From IMG/VR virus record IMGVR_UViG_2563366875_000002, positions 1 through 40,230 of that record: a stretch of 40,230 nucleotides of DNA; one strand, 5' to 3'. The notes under the pieces are model-generated. The model made no database searches, was not told the origin of the DNA, and was given only the letters and a program-made list of their open reading frames with translations. Within the stretch, counting starts at the first letter, position 1; every line of letters begins with the position of its first letter. The stretch comes from a virus (Duplodnaviria > Heunggongvirae > Uroviricota > Caudoviricetes). Both the position numbers and the translations under genes were made by a program. Shown here in pieces: positions 17,508 to 26,966 of the stretch.

Positions 17508-19237
17508 GCCGGAAATCTTACCCCAACGTAAATGCTGCCAATCAGTATGCCCGTGATGTCGTGCGCGGAAAGATTGTGGCCTGCCAGTTTGTGATTCAGG
17601 CCTGCCAGCGCCATCTTGATGACCTGATGGCGGAAAAAAGTAAGTCGTTTCGTTACCGCTTCGACAAGGACCTGGCTGAACGGGCCGCGAAATTTATTCA
17701 GCTGTTGCCACACACCAAGGGGGAGTGGGCATTCAAGAGGATGCCCATCACGCTGGAACCGTGGCAGCTCTTTGTGATCTGCTGTGCGTTTGGCTGGGTC
17801 AATAAAGGCTCCCGGCTGCGCCGCTTCAGGGAGGTGTATACCGAAATCCCCCGTAAGAACGGCAAATCGGCAATCTCTGCCGGTGTTGCCCTGTATTGTT
17901 TTGCCTGTGATAACGAGTTTGGCGCGGAAGTGTATTCCGGTGCCACGACAGAGAAACAGGCGTGGGAAGTCTTTCGCCCGGCGCGACTGATGTGTAAACG
18001 CACACCCATGCTGACGGAAGCGTTCGGGATTGAGGTTAACGCCTCAAACATGAACCGTCCGGAGGATGGCGCGCGGTTTGAACCGCTGATCGGTAACCCC
18101 GGTGATGGTTCATCACCCCACTGTGCCGTGGTGGATGAATATCACGAGCACGCCACCGATGCGCTTTATACCACGATGCTTACCGGGATGGGCGCGCGAC
18201 GTCAGCCACTGATGTGGGCCATCACCACCGCCGGGTACAACATTGAGGGGCCGTGCTACGACAAGCGGCGGGAAGTTATCGAGATGCTCAACGGTTCGGT
18301 ACCCAACGATGAACTGTTCGGGATCATCTATACCGTTGACGAAGGCGATGACTGGACCGACCCGCAGGTGCTGGAAAAAGCCAATCCAAATATTGGCGTG
18401 TCGGTTTATCGCGAATTTTTGTTAAGTCAGCAGCAGCGTGCGAAAAATAACGCCCGTCTGGCAAACGTCTTTAAAACAAAACACCTCAATATCTGGGTGT
18501 CGGCGCGTTCGGCGTATTTCAACCTGGTGAGCTGGCAGAGCTGCGAGGATAAATCACTGACCCTTGAGCAGTTCGAGGGGCAGCCGTGCATTCTGGCCTT
18601 TGACCTGGCGCGTAAGCTGGATATGAACAGCATGGCGCGACTTTATACCCGCGAGATTGACGGTAAAACGCATTACTACAGTGTGGCTCCGCGCTTCTGG
18701 GTACCGTATGACACGGTGTACAGCGTCGAGAAAAATGAAGATCGCCGGACAGCCGAACGCTTTCAGAAATGGGTGGAAATGGGCGTTCTGACCGTTACCG
18801 ATGGTGCGGAGGTGGATTATCGCTACATCCTCGAGGAGGCCAAAGCGGCGAACAAAATCAGCCCGGTCAGTGAGTCACCCATCGACCCCTTCGGGGCGAC
18901 CGGGTTGTCACATGACCTTGCTGATGAAGACCTGAATCCCGTCACTATCATTCAGAACTACACCAACATGTCCGACCCGATGAAAGAGCTGGAAGCGGCA
19001 ATTGAATCGGGGCGCTTTCATCATGATGGCAATCCCATCATGACCTGGTGTATCGGCAATGTGGTCGGCAAAACCATTCCGGGTAACGATGATGTGGTGA
19101 AACCCGTCAAAGAGCAGGCGGAAAACAAAATTGACGGTGCAGTTGCGCTGATTATGGCGGTTGGCAGAGCCATGCTGTACGAGAAAGAAGACACGCTGTC
19201 TGACCACATTGAGTCCTATGGGATCCGCTCGCTTTAA
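17504..19237 (+). CDS. terminase large subunit
   Basis: 577 aa; ATPase region (EIPRKNGKS Walker A-like, VVDEYHE Walker B-like) and C-terminal nuclease region. Confidence 0.93.
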   Translation: MSRKSYPNVNAANQYARDVVRGKIVACQFVIQACQRHLDDLMAEKSKSFRYRFDKDLAERAAKFIQLLPHTKGEWAFKRMPITLEPWQLFVICCAFGWVNKGSRLRRFREVYTEIPRKNGKSAISAGVALYCFACDNEFGAEVYSGATTEKQAWEVFRPARLMCKRTPMLTEAFGIEVNASNMNRPEDGARFEPLIGNPGDGSSPHCAVVDEYHEHATDALYTTMLTGMGARRQPLMWAITTAGYNIEGPCYDKRREVIEMLNGSVPNDELFGIIYTVDEGDDWTDPQVLEKANPNIGVSVYREFLLSQQQRAKNNARLANVFKTKHLNIWVSARSAYFNLVSWQSCEDKSLTLEQFEGQPCILAFDLARKLDMNSMARLYTREIDGKTHYYSVAPRFWVPYDTVYSVEKNEDRRTAERFQKWVEMGVLTVTDGAEVDYRYILEEAKAANKISPVSESPIDPFGATGLSHDLADEDLNPVTIIQNYTNMSDPMKELEAAIESGRFHHDGNPIMTWCIGNVVGKTIPGNDDVVKPVKEQAENKIDGAVALIMAVGRAMLYEKEDTLSDHIESYGIRSL

Positions 19238-19248
19238 CTGAGGTAATT

Positions 19249-19431
19249 ATGATCATGCTGATTCTCGCGCCTCTGGTGGGCGTGCTGGGGGCGCTTTTGC
19301 TGGCGTATGGTGCCTGGCTGATTTATCCCCCGGCGGGGTTTGTTGTTGCCGGGGCGTTGTGCCTGTTCTGGTCGTGGCTGGTAGCGCGATATCTCGATCG
19401 TACACAGCTGTCTGTTGGTGGAGGTAAATAG
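19249..19431 (+). CDS. small membrane protein (2 predicted TM helices)
   Basis: 60 aa hydrophobic ORF between terminase and portal; may be spurious. Confidence 0.4.
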   Translation: MIMLILAPLVGVLGALLLAYGAWLIYPPAGFVVAGALCLFWSWLVARYLDRTQLSVGGGK

Positions 19432-20672
19432 TGTTCTTTTCGGGATTATTTCAACGAAAAAGTGACGCACCGGTGACCACGCCAGCAGAGCTGGCGGATG
19501 CCATCGGGTTGTCCTACGACACCTATACCGGAAAGCAGATCAGCAGTCAGCGGGCCATGCGACTGACGGCGGTTTTTTCCTGCGTCAGAGTGCTGGCAGA
19601 GTCGGTCGGGATGTTGCCCTGCAATCTGTATCACCTGAACGGCAGCCTGAAGCAGAGAGCCACCGGCGAACGTCTGCATAAACTGATCTCCACGCATCCC
19701 AATGGCTATATGACGCCGCAGGAGTTCTGGGAGCTGGTGGTCACCTGTCTGTGCCTGCGGGGAAACTTTTACGCCTACAAAGTGAAAGCATTTGGCGAAG
19801 TGGCTGAACTGCTGCCCGTCGATCCCGGCTGTGTGGTACCGAAGCTTAACAGTAGCTGGGAGCCGGTCTATCAGGTCACATTCCCGGATGGCTCCACGGA
19901 TGTACTGAGCCAGGAGGATATCTGGCATGTGCGCACGCTGACGCTGGACGGACTGGTGGGGCTGAATCCCATCGCCTATGCCCGCGAGGCAATATCGCTG
20001 GCGGCAGCGACCGAAGAGCACGGGGCCAGACTGTTCAGCAATGGCGCGGTGACGTCGGGTGTGTTGCGTACAGAGCAGACGCTGTCAGATCAGGCTTATG
20101 AGCGCCTGAAGAAAGATTTTGAGGAGCGTCACACCGGGCTTGGCAATGCTCACCGCCCGATGATCCTTGAGATGGGGCTGGACTGGAAGTCGATGGCGCT
20201 GAACGCCGAGGACAGCCAGTTCCTGGAAACCCGCAAGTTTCAGCTTGAAGAAATCTGTCGTCTGTTCCGGGTGCCGTTGCACATGGTGCAGAACACCGAT
20301 CGCGCCACCTTCAACAATATCGAAGAGCTGGGGCTGGGATTTATCAACTATTCACTGGTGCCGTATCTGACCCGCATCGAACAGCGGATCAACACCGGAC
20401 TGGTACGAAAAAGTAAGCAGGGCGTTTATTACGCCAAATTTAACGCCGGGGCGTTACTGCGCGGGGATATGAAGTCCCGTTTTGAAGCCTACGCCACCGG
20501 GATCAACTGGGGAATTTACTCTCCCAATGACTGCCGCGACCTGGAAGATATGAATCCGCGTCCCGGTGGTGATGTCTATCTCACACCGATGAACATGACC
20601 ACGAAACCCTCCGATGGCAGTAAAGCCGGTAAGCAGAAGGATAACGCCAATGCAGACGAAACAACGTCTTGA
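19431..20672 (+). CDS. portal protein (HK97 family)
   Basis: 413 aa; GTG start after GGAGG; position terminase-portal-protease-capsid. Confidence 0.88.
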   Translation: MFFSGLFQRKSDAPVTTPAELADAIGLSYDTYTGKQISSQRAMRLTAVFSCVRVLAESVGMLPCNLYHLNGSLKQRATGERLHKLISTHPNGYMTPQEFWELVVTCLCLRGNFYAYKVKAFGEVAELLPVDPGCVVPKLNSSWEPVYQVTFPDGSTDVLSQEDIWHVRTLTLDGLVGLNPIAYAREAISLAAATEEHGARLFSNGAVTSGVLRTEQTLSDQAYERLKKDFEERHTGLGNAHRPMILEMGLDWKSMALNAEDSQFLETRKFQLEEICRLFRVPLHMVQNTDRATFNNIEELGLGFINYSLVPYLTRIEQRINTGLVRKSKQGVYYAKFNAGALLRGDMKSRFEAYATGINWGIYSPNDCRDLEDMNPRPGGDVYLTPMNMTTKPSDGSKAGKQKDNANADETTS

Positions 20673-21300
20673 TGTACCGCTGAGTCTGAAATCTGTCAGT
20701 GACTCCGGTGAGTTTGAAGGGTATGGCTCCGTCTTTGGTGTAAAGGACAGCCACGATGATATGGTGATGTCCGGGGCATTTGCTGCTTCCCTGCGGGCGT
20801 GGAGTGACAGAAAAGCGTTACCTGCGCTGCTCTGGCAGCACCGCATGGATGAACCCATCGGTGTTTACACCGAAATGAAGGAAGACGATGTCGGGCTTTA
20901 CGTCAGGGGACGGTTGCTTATTGATGATGATCCCCTCGCAAAACGCGCACATGCACACATGAAGGCCGGTTCGTTAACCGGCCTTTCTATTGGGTACGTC
21001 CTGAAAGACTGGGAATACGACCGGAGCAAAGAAGCCTTTCTGCTGAAAGAAATCGACCTCTGGGAAGTCAGCCTGGTGACGTTCCCGTCTAACGACGAGG
21101 CGCGGATCAGCGACGTCAAGAACGCACTGGCCCGCGGGGAAATCCCCGAACAGAAAAAAATCGAAAGAGTCCTGCGTGATGTCGGACTCTCCCGTACCCA
21201 GGCCAAAGCATTCATGGCCGGGGGCTATGGCGCACTGTCCCTGCGCGACGCTGAGGATGTGGGCTCTGCACTGAATGCACTGAAAAATCTGAACTTCTAA
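20650..21300 (+). CDS. prohead protease (HK97 family)
   Basis: internal ATG 20650 after AGAAGGA; follows portal, precedes capsid. Confidence 0.82.
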   Translation: MQTKQRLDVPLSLKSVSDSGEFEGYGSVFGVKDSHDDMVMSGAFAASLRAWSDRKALPALLWQHRMDEPIGVYTEMKEDDVGLYVRGRLLIDDDPLAKRAHAHMKAGSLTGLSIGYVLKDWEYDRSKEAFLLKEIDLWEVSLVTFPSNDEARISDVKNALARGEIPEQKKIERVLRDVGLSRTQAKAFMAGGYGALSLRDAEDVGSALNALKNLNF

Positions 21301-21314
21301 TCAGGAGAAATACG

Positions 21315-22520
21315 ATGGCGGTTGATATTAAAGATGTCGAACAGGTCGCGCAGGAGCTGCAGCAGAAGTTTGACGACTTCAAAGCAAAGAACGACAAGCG
21401 CGTGGATGCGATTGAGCAGGAAAAAGGCAAGCTTGCCGGGCAGGTGGAAACCCTGAACGGGAAACTCAGCGAGCTGGAAAATCTCAAAAGCGACCTTGAA
21501 AAAGAGCTGCTTGAGCTGAAACGTCCGGCTGGTGGAGCGCAAAATAAACTGGCCACCGAGCATAAAGAGGCGTTTGTGGGCTTCCTGCGTAAAGGCCGTG
21601 AAGACGGTCTGCGCGATCTGGAGCGTAAGGCATTGCAGGTGGGTACCGATGAAGACGGTGGCTACGCCGTGCCGGAAGAACTGGATCGCAACATTCTTAA
21701 CCTGCTGAAAGATGAAGTGGTGATGCGTCAGGAAGCCACGGTGATCACCGTTGGCGGTTCCGACTACAAAAAACTGGTGAATCTGGGCGGTACGGCTTCC
21801 GGATGGGTGGGGGAAACGGATACGCGATCCCAGACTGCCACCTCCAGACTGGAGCTGATTGAACCTCTCATGGGGGAAATTTACGGCAACCCGCAGGCTA
21901 CCCAGAAAATGCTGGACGATGCCTTCTTCAACGTGGAGGCCTGGATCAACAGCGAGCTGGCAACCGAATTTGCCGAACAGGAAGAAATTGCCTTTACCTC
22001 AGGCGATGGCACCAAGAAGCCGAAAGGGTTCCTGGCGTATGAATCCACTGATGAAACCGACAAGGTCCGGGCGTTCGGCAAACTTCAGCATATTGTATCC
22101 GGCGAAGCGACCGCGGTGACCGCAGACGCCATTATCAAACTGATTTACACGCTGCGTAAGGCACACCGCACTGGCGCGAAGTTCATGATGAACAACAACA
22201 GCCTGTTTGCCATCCGTCTGCTGAAAGACACCGAGGGTAACTATCTGTGGCGTCCTGGGCTGGAACTGGGGCAGCCATCCTCTCTGGCGGGTTACGGTAT
22301 CGCTGAAAACGAGCAGATGCCGGATATTGCCGCGGATGCGAAAGCCATTGCATTTGGTAACTTCAAACGGGGTTACACCATCGTTGACCGTATCGGTACC
22401 CGCATTCTTCGCGATCCGTACACCAATAAACCGTTTGTCGGTTTTTATACCACCAAGCGCACCGGCGGCATGCTGGTCGATTCGCAGGCCATCAAACTGC
22501 TGAAGATTGCTGCGGCGTAA
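21315..22520 (+). CDS. major capsid protein (HK97 fold)
   Basis: 401 aa; N-terminal coiled-coil delta-domain-like region followed by capsid domain; position after protease. Confidence 0.9.
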   Translation: MAVDIKDVEQVAQELQQKFDDFKAKNDKRVDAIEQEKGKLAGQVETLNGKLSELENLKSDLEKELLELKRPAGGAQNKLATEHKEAFVGFLRKGREDGLRDLERKALQVGTDEDGGYAVPEELDRNILNLLKDEVVMRQEATVITVGGSDYKKLVNLGGTASGWVGETDTRSQTATSRLELIEPLMGEIYGNPQATQKMLDDAFFNVEAWINSELATEFAEQEEIAFTSGDGTKKPKGFLAYESTDETDKVRAFGKLQHIVSGEATAVTADAIIKLIYTLRKAHRTGAKFMMNNNSLFAIRLLKDTEGNYLWRPGLELGQPSSLAGYGIAENEQMPDIAADAKAIAFGNFKRGYTIVDRIGTRILRDPYTNKPFVGFYTTKRTGGMLVDSQAIKLLKIAAA

Positions 22521-22569
22521 TCACTCAGGGGCGCGGAACCGCGCCCCCTGTTCTGACGGGTGAAGAATC

Positions 22570-22770
22570 ATGATCCTGAAACAAGATCTGAAATGGTCAC
22601 CGGACGGTATGCGTGTTGAGGTCATTCGGGCCGGTGAGTATGACGACGGGGCGCTTCCTGCCCGGGTGCAGGAGATTGCACTTCAGGCCGGGTTAGCAGA
22701 GCGCGGAACCAGTGCAAAAAGCAGTAAAGCGACAAAAGAGAAAAAAGCCACGACCAGTAAAGAGGGCTGA
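22570..22770 (+). CDS. small hypothetical head-region protein
   Basis: 66 aa ORF with Lys-rich C-terminus, downstream of a strong hairpin (22528-22547) that follows the capsid gene. Confidence 0.4.
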   Translation: MILKQDLKWSPDGMRVEVIRAGEYDDGALPARVQEIALQAGLAERGTSAKSSKATKEKKATTSKEG

Positions 22771-22772
22771 GT

Positions 22773-23096
22773 ATGCTTCTGACAATGGAAGAGATTAAAG
22801 CCCAACTCCGGCTGGATGAGGATTTCGATGCTGATGACCGCCATCTGCAACTGCTGGCCTGTGCGGCGCAAAAGCGGACGGAAACGTATCTGAACCGGAA
22901 GCTCTATGCTCCGGATGAAACCATTCCGGACAGCGATCCGGACGGGCTGCACCTGCCGGATGATATTCGTCTGGGGATGCTGATGCTTATCAGCCATTTT
23001 TACGAAAATCGCTCGTCGGTTACAGACGTTGAGAAAATGGAGTTGCCAATGAGCTTTAACTGGCTTGTCGGCCCGTACAGGTATTTCCCGCAATGA
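22773..23096 (+). CDS. head-tail connector protein (gp6-like)
   Basis: 107 aa; size, position and N-terminal EEIKAQLRLDED motif typical of the family. Confidence 0.75.
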   Translation: MLLTMEEIKAQLRLDEDFDADDRHLQLLACAAQKRTETYLNRKLYAPDETIPDSDPDGLHLPDDIRLGMLMLISHFYENRSSVTDVEKMELPMSFNWLVGPYRYFPQ

Positions 23097-23503
23097 AAAT
23101 TCGTCAGGCGCAGACCAGCGCAACCTACATTCTGCCGGACCCCGGTGAACTGAATAAACGCGTCCTGATCCGCCAGCGGGTGGATATGCCCGCGGATAAC
23201 TTTGGCGTGGAGCCTCAATACCCGGTTGCGTTCCGGACATGGGCGAAGGTTGTCCAGACCAGTGCCACCACCTGGCAGGAAACCGCGCAGACCGGGGACG
23301 CCATCACCCATTACATCACCATTCGTTACCGCCGGGGGATCACCGCTGATTATGAGGTGGTCTGCGGTGACAGTGTGTACCGGGTGAAACGTCAGCGCGA
23401 TCTGAACGGGGCGCGGCGCTTTCTGCTGCTGGAGTGTACGGAGCTGGGCGAATGTGGGCAGAGTCACGGAGGCAACAATGACGACTTCCTTTTTGCACGT
23501 TGA
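23093..23503 (+). CDS. head closure / head-tail adaptor protein
   Basis: 136 aa, translationally coupled to the connector gene. Confidence 0.7.
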   Translation: MKIRQAQTSATYILPDPGELNKRVLIRQRVDMPADNFGVEPQYPVAFRTWAKVVQTSATTWQETAQTGDAITHYITIRYRRGITADYEVVCGDSVYRVKRQRDLNGARRFLLLECTELGECGQSHGGNNDDFLFAR

Positions 23504-23984
23504 TTTTCAGCAGCCCGCGGAGATGCGCTTTAACCGCGCCCGTGTCCGGCGGGCGTTTGTCACGATTGGTCAGCGTCATATGCGTGATGCCCGTCGGCTG
23601 GTGATGTGCCGTGCGCGGTCGGCACCGGGTGAAAACCCCGGTTATCAGACCGGACGCCTGGCTCGTTCGATTGGTTACATGGTACCCAGAGCCAGTAAAC
23701 ATCGCCCTGGTTTTATGGCACGTATAGCCCCTAACCAGCGTAATGGAGAGGGAAACCGCCGTATCACCGGTGATTTTTATCCGGCTTTTTTGTTCTATGG
23801 CGTGAGGCGAGGGGCAAAGCGTCGTCGCAGCCATCATCGTGGTGCATCCGGTGGCAGCGGCTGGCGACTGGCTCCACGTAATAACTTCATGGTGGAAACG
23901 CTTGAAAAGAACCGCAGCTGGACACGCTATTTTCTGGCGCGGGAATTGCGTAAATCACTGAAGCCGGAGCGACGACACAGATGA
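23478..23984 (+). CDS. HK97 gp10-like head-tail joining protein
   Basis: internal start; conserved position between head closure and tail genes. Confidence 0.65.
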   Translation: MTTSFLHVDFQQPAEMRFNRARVRRAFVTIGQRHMRDARRLVMCRARSAPGENPGYQTGRLARSIGYMVPRASKHRPGFMARIAPNQRNGEGNRRITGDFYPAFLFYGVRRGAKRRRSHHRGASGGSGWRLAPRNNFMVETLEKNRSWTRYFLARELRKSLKPERRHR

Positions 23985-24541
23985 AACTGACGCCTGTTAT
24001 TGCTGCACTGTGTGCCCGCTGTCCGTATTTTGAAAACCGGGTTGCAGGCGCGGCACAGTTCAAAAATCTGCCGGAGGTCGGAAAGCTGAGACTCCCGGCG
24101 GCGTATGTGGTACCGGGGGATGATTCTCCGGGAGAAAACAAAAGCCAGACCGACTACTGGCAGGAGCTGAAAGAGGGCTTCTCCGTGGTTGTCATACTGA
24201 GTAACGGGCGTGATGAGCGCGGTCAGTTTGCTTCGTATGATGTGGTGGACGATGTCCGGCAGATGCTCTTTAAGGCCCTGCTGGGCTGGAACCCGGAAGC
24301 GTGCGGTAACCCGATTACCTATGACGGCGGCACGCTGCTGGATCTGAATCGTCATGAGCTGATTTATCAGTTCGATTTTTCGGTCATCAGCGAGCTGACT
24401 GAAGACGATACCCGCCAGCAGGATGATCTGAACAGTCTGGATGAACTGCAAACGCTGGCGATTGATGTTGATTATCTCGATCCCGGTAACGGGCCTGACG
24501 GCGATATCGAACATCACACCGAAATAACCCTTCCTTCCTGA
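23981..24541 (+). CDS. tail completion / terminator-like protein
   Basis: 186 aa, coupled to neighbours, precedes sheath gene. Confidence 0.6.
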   Translation: MKLTPVIAALCARCPYFENRVAGAAQFKNLPEVGKLRLPAAYVVPGDDSPGENKSQTDYWQELKEGFSVVVILSNGRDERGQFASYDVVDDVRQMLFKALLGWNPEACGNPITYDGGTLLDLNRHELIYQFDFSVISELTEDDTRQQDDLNSLDELQTLAIDVDYLDPGNGPDGDIEHHTEITLPS

Positions 24542-24549
24542 GAATCTTC

Positions 24550-24720
24550 ATGTTTGTGAAACCTGTTAAAGGGCGGTCAGTGCCTGACCCTGCCCGCGGT
24601 GACCTTTTGCCCACCGAAGGGCGAAATGTTGACGAGAACAACTACTGGCTGCGCCGTGAAGCAGCAGGTGATATCCGGCGCGTGAATAAAAAGGTGAACA
24701 CCGATGACGATAAGCTTTAA
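24550..24720 (+). CDS. small conserved tail-region protein (56 aa)
   Basis: ATG 24550, stop 24718-24720 overlapping sheath start; below the ORF-track size cutoff. Confidence 0.45.
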   Translation: MFVKPVKGRSVPDPARGDLLPTEGRNVDENNYWLRREAAGDIRRVNKKVNTDDDKL

Positions 24721-26200
24721 CACTATTCCGTCGAATACGCTGGTTCCGTTGTTTTATGCGGAAATGGATAACCAGGCGGCGAATACTGCACAGGACAGCG
24801 GAGCATCGCTGCTGATTGGTCATGCCAATAACGGTGCAGAGATTGTTGCCAACAGTCTGGTACTGATGCCGTCGGCAGACTATGCACGCCAGATTTGTGG
24901 TGCGGGAAGTCAGCTGGCGCGTATGGTCGAGGCTTATCGCCAGACTGACCCGTTTGGCGAGCTGTATGTGATTGCCGTTCCGGAAGCCACAGGCGCGGCG
25001 GCAACGGTTACGCTGACGGTGACCGGGGCGGCAACCGAAACCGGCACGGTGAATGTTTATGTGGGACGTACCCGCGTGCAGGCACCGGTGACCAATGGCG
25101 ATAACGTCGCGACGATTGCCGGCAGTATCCAGGATGCCATCAATGCCGTTCCGGCCCTGCCGTTTACGGCCTCATCTTCGGCTGGCGTGGTCACACTGAC
25201 CGCGCGTCATAAGGGGCTTTGCGGGAATGAAATTCCTGTCAGCCTCAATTACTACGGCTTCGGTGGGGGAGAAGTGCTGCCTGCGGGCGTACAGATTGCC
25301 GTGGCGGCGGGGACCTCCGGAACGGGCGCTCCTGTTCTCACCGGCGCGGTGGCTGCAATGGCGGATGAGCCGTTTGATTATATCGGTCTTCCGTTCAACG
25401 ACACGGCCTCCATTAACACGCTGGTGACCGAGATGAACGATACCAGCGGTCGCTGGAGCTATGCGCGTCAGCTGTATGGTCATGTGTATACGGCAAAGAT
25501 CGGCACGCTGTCAGAACTGGTGACCGCAGGTGACCAGTTTAACCAGCAGCACATTACCCTGGCGGGGTACGAAAAAGAGACCCAGACGCCTGCCGACGAG
25601 CTGGCGGCAAGCCGTGCCGCCCGCGCAGCGGTGTTTATTCGCAACGATCCGGCACGTCCCACGCAGACCGGTGAGCTGGTGGGTATGCTGCCTGCGCCGA
25701 AGGGGAAACGGTTCACGATGACCGAACAACAGACCCTGCTGTCTCATGGCGTGGCAACGGCGTATGTCGAAAGCGGGGTGCTGCGCATTCAGCGTGATGT
25801 CACCACGTACAGGAAAAATGCTTACGGGGTTGCGGATAACAGCTACCTCGACAGCGAGACGCTGCATACCAGTGCGTATGTACTGCGCAAACTGAAATCC
25901 GTCATTACCAGTAAGTACGGGCGTCACAAGCTTGCCAGTGACGGTACCCGCTTTGGTCCCGGTCAGGCGATTGTCACCCCGGCGGTGATCAAAGGGGAAC
26001 TGCTGGCAACCTACCGTCAGCTCGAGCGTGCGGGGATCGTGGAAAACTACGAACTGTTCAAGCAGTACCTGGTTGTAGAGCGTGATGCCAGCGATCCGAA
26101 CCGCCTGAACACGCTGTTCCCGCCTGACTATGTTAACCAGTTGCGTGTCTTTGCCGTGGTTAACCAGTTCCGTCTTCAGTATTCAGAGGAGTCTGCATAA
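24704..26200 (+). CDS. contractile tail sheath protein
   Basis: 498 aa; followed directly by tube and chaperone genes (Mu/P2-like order). Confidence 0.88.
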   Translation: MTISFNTIPSNTLVPLFYAEMDNQAANTAQDSGASLLIGHANNGAEIVANSLVLMPSADYARQICGAGSQLARMVEAYRQTDPFGELYVIAVPEATGAAATVTLTVTGAATETGTVNVYVGRTRVQAPVTNGDNVATIAGSIQDAINAVPALPFTASSSAGVVTLTARHKGLCGNEIPVSLNYYGFGGGEVLPAGVQIAVAAGTSGTGAPVLTGAVAAMADEPFDYIGLPFNDTASINTLVTEMNDTSGRWSYARQLYGHVYTAKIGTLSELVTAGDQFNQQHITLAGYEKETQTPADELAASRAARAAVFIRNDPARPTQTGELVGMLPAPKGKRFTMTEQQTLLSHGVATAYVESGVLRIQRDVTTYRKNAYGVADNSYLDSETLHTSAYVLRKLKSVITSKYGRHKLASDGTRFGPGQAIVTPAVIKGELLATYRQLERAGIVENYELFKQYLVVERDASDPNRLNTLFPPDYVNQLRVFAVVNQFRLQYSEESA

Positions 26201-26556
26201 TGGCCCGTATCGGGGGAACCTGTTATTTCAAAATTGACGGTCAGCAGCTATCGCTGACCGGCGGCATTGAGGTGCCCATGAACAGGACGGTCAATGATGA
26301 CATCATCGGCCTGGACGGCTCAGTGGACCGCAAGGAAACTCACCGTGCGCCTTATGTCAAAGGGACCTTCAAGGTGCCGAAGAATTTTCCGGTGAACAAA
26401 ATCACCTCGTCTGATGAGATGACCATCACTGCCGAGCTGGCGAACGGTCAGGTCTATGTACTGTCGTCTGCCTGGCTGCACGGCGAAGCGAACCATAATG
26501 CCGAAGAAGGCACGGTTGATCTTGAGTTCCACGGTGAAGAAGGGGATTACCAGTAA
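26200..26556 (+). CDS. tail tube protein
   Basis: 118 aa; overlapping stop/start with sheath. Confidence 0.82.
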   Translation: MARIGGTCYFKIDGQQLSLTGGIEVPMNRTVNDDIIGLDGSVDRKETHRAPYVKGTFKVPKNFPVNKITSSDEMTITAELANGQVYVLSSAWLHGEANHNAEEGTVDLEFHGEEGDYQ

Positions 26557-26825
26557 TGAAAGAGCTTGAGTTAAAGAAACCGATTACCGCTCATGGCGAG
26601 ACACTCTCCGTACTGGAGTTTGATGAGCCCACCGGGAAAGATGTCCGCGAGCTGGGATATCCCTACCAGATGAATCAGGATGAGTCCGTCAGACTTCTGG
26701 CGCATGTGGTATCGAAATACATTGTGCGGCTGGCGAAAGTGCCGCAAAGCTCTGTCGACCAGATGTCTCCGGCAGACCTGAATGCAGCGGCGTGGCTTGT
26801 GGCTGGTTTTTTCCTCCAGGCCTGA
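26556..26825 (+). CDS. tail assembly chaperone (G-like); frameshift extension reaches 26974
   Basis: 89 aa ORF; slippery T_TTT_TTC at 26807-26813; -1 frame ORF continues to 26974, overlapping the tape measure start. Confidence 0.75.
   Translation: MKELELKKPITAHGETLSVLEFDEPTGKDVRELGYPYQMNQDESVRLLAHVVSKYIVRLAKVPQSSVDQMSPADLNAAAWLVAGFFLQA
26807..26813 (+). other. programmed -1 ribosomal frameshift slippery heptamer (T TTT TTC)
   Basis: X_XXY_YYZ heptamer in the zero frame of the chaperone, 4 codons before its stop. Confidence 0.7.
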
Positions 26826-26966
26826 CGGCTGAATACCTCACTGATCGCTTCTTTGACTGCGCCAGCTACTGGCGCATTAATCCTTTCGAATTGCTGAATA
26901 TGCCGATCAGTGAAATTCCCTTACTGGTCAGTCAGGCAAACAGGATAGAGCAGGAGAAACGCACAC

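Noticed and set aside
17273-18051. Minus-strand ORFs antisense to the terminase genes
   Set aside because: Embedded antisense in strongly supported terminase coding sequence.
22528-22547. Hairpin GGGGCGCGG/CCGCGCCCC after the capsid gene as an intrinsic terminator
   Set aside because: Strong stem but no downstream T-run; more likely a stability or attenuation hairpin than a full terminator.
23340-24823. Minus-strand ORFs 23340..23837, 23927..24517, 24387..24641, 24566..24823
   Set aside because: Antisense to coupled head-tail genes; Arg-rich GC-frame artefacts.
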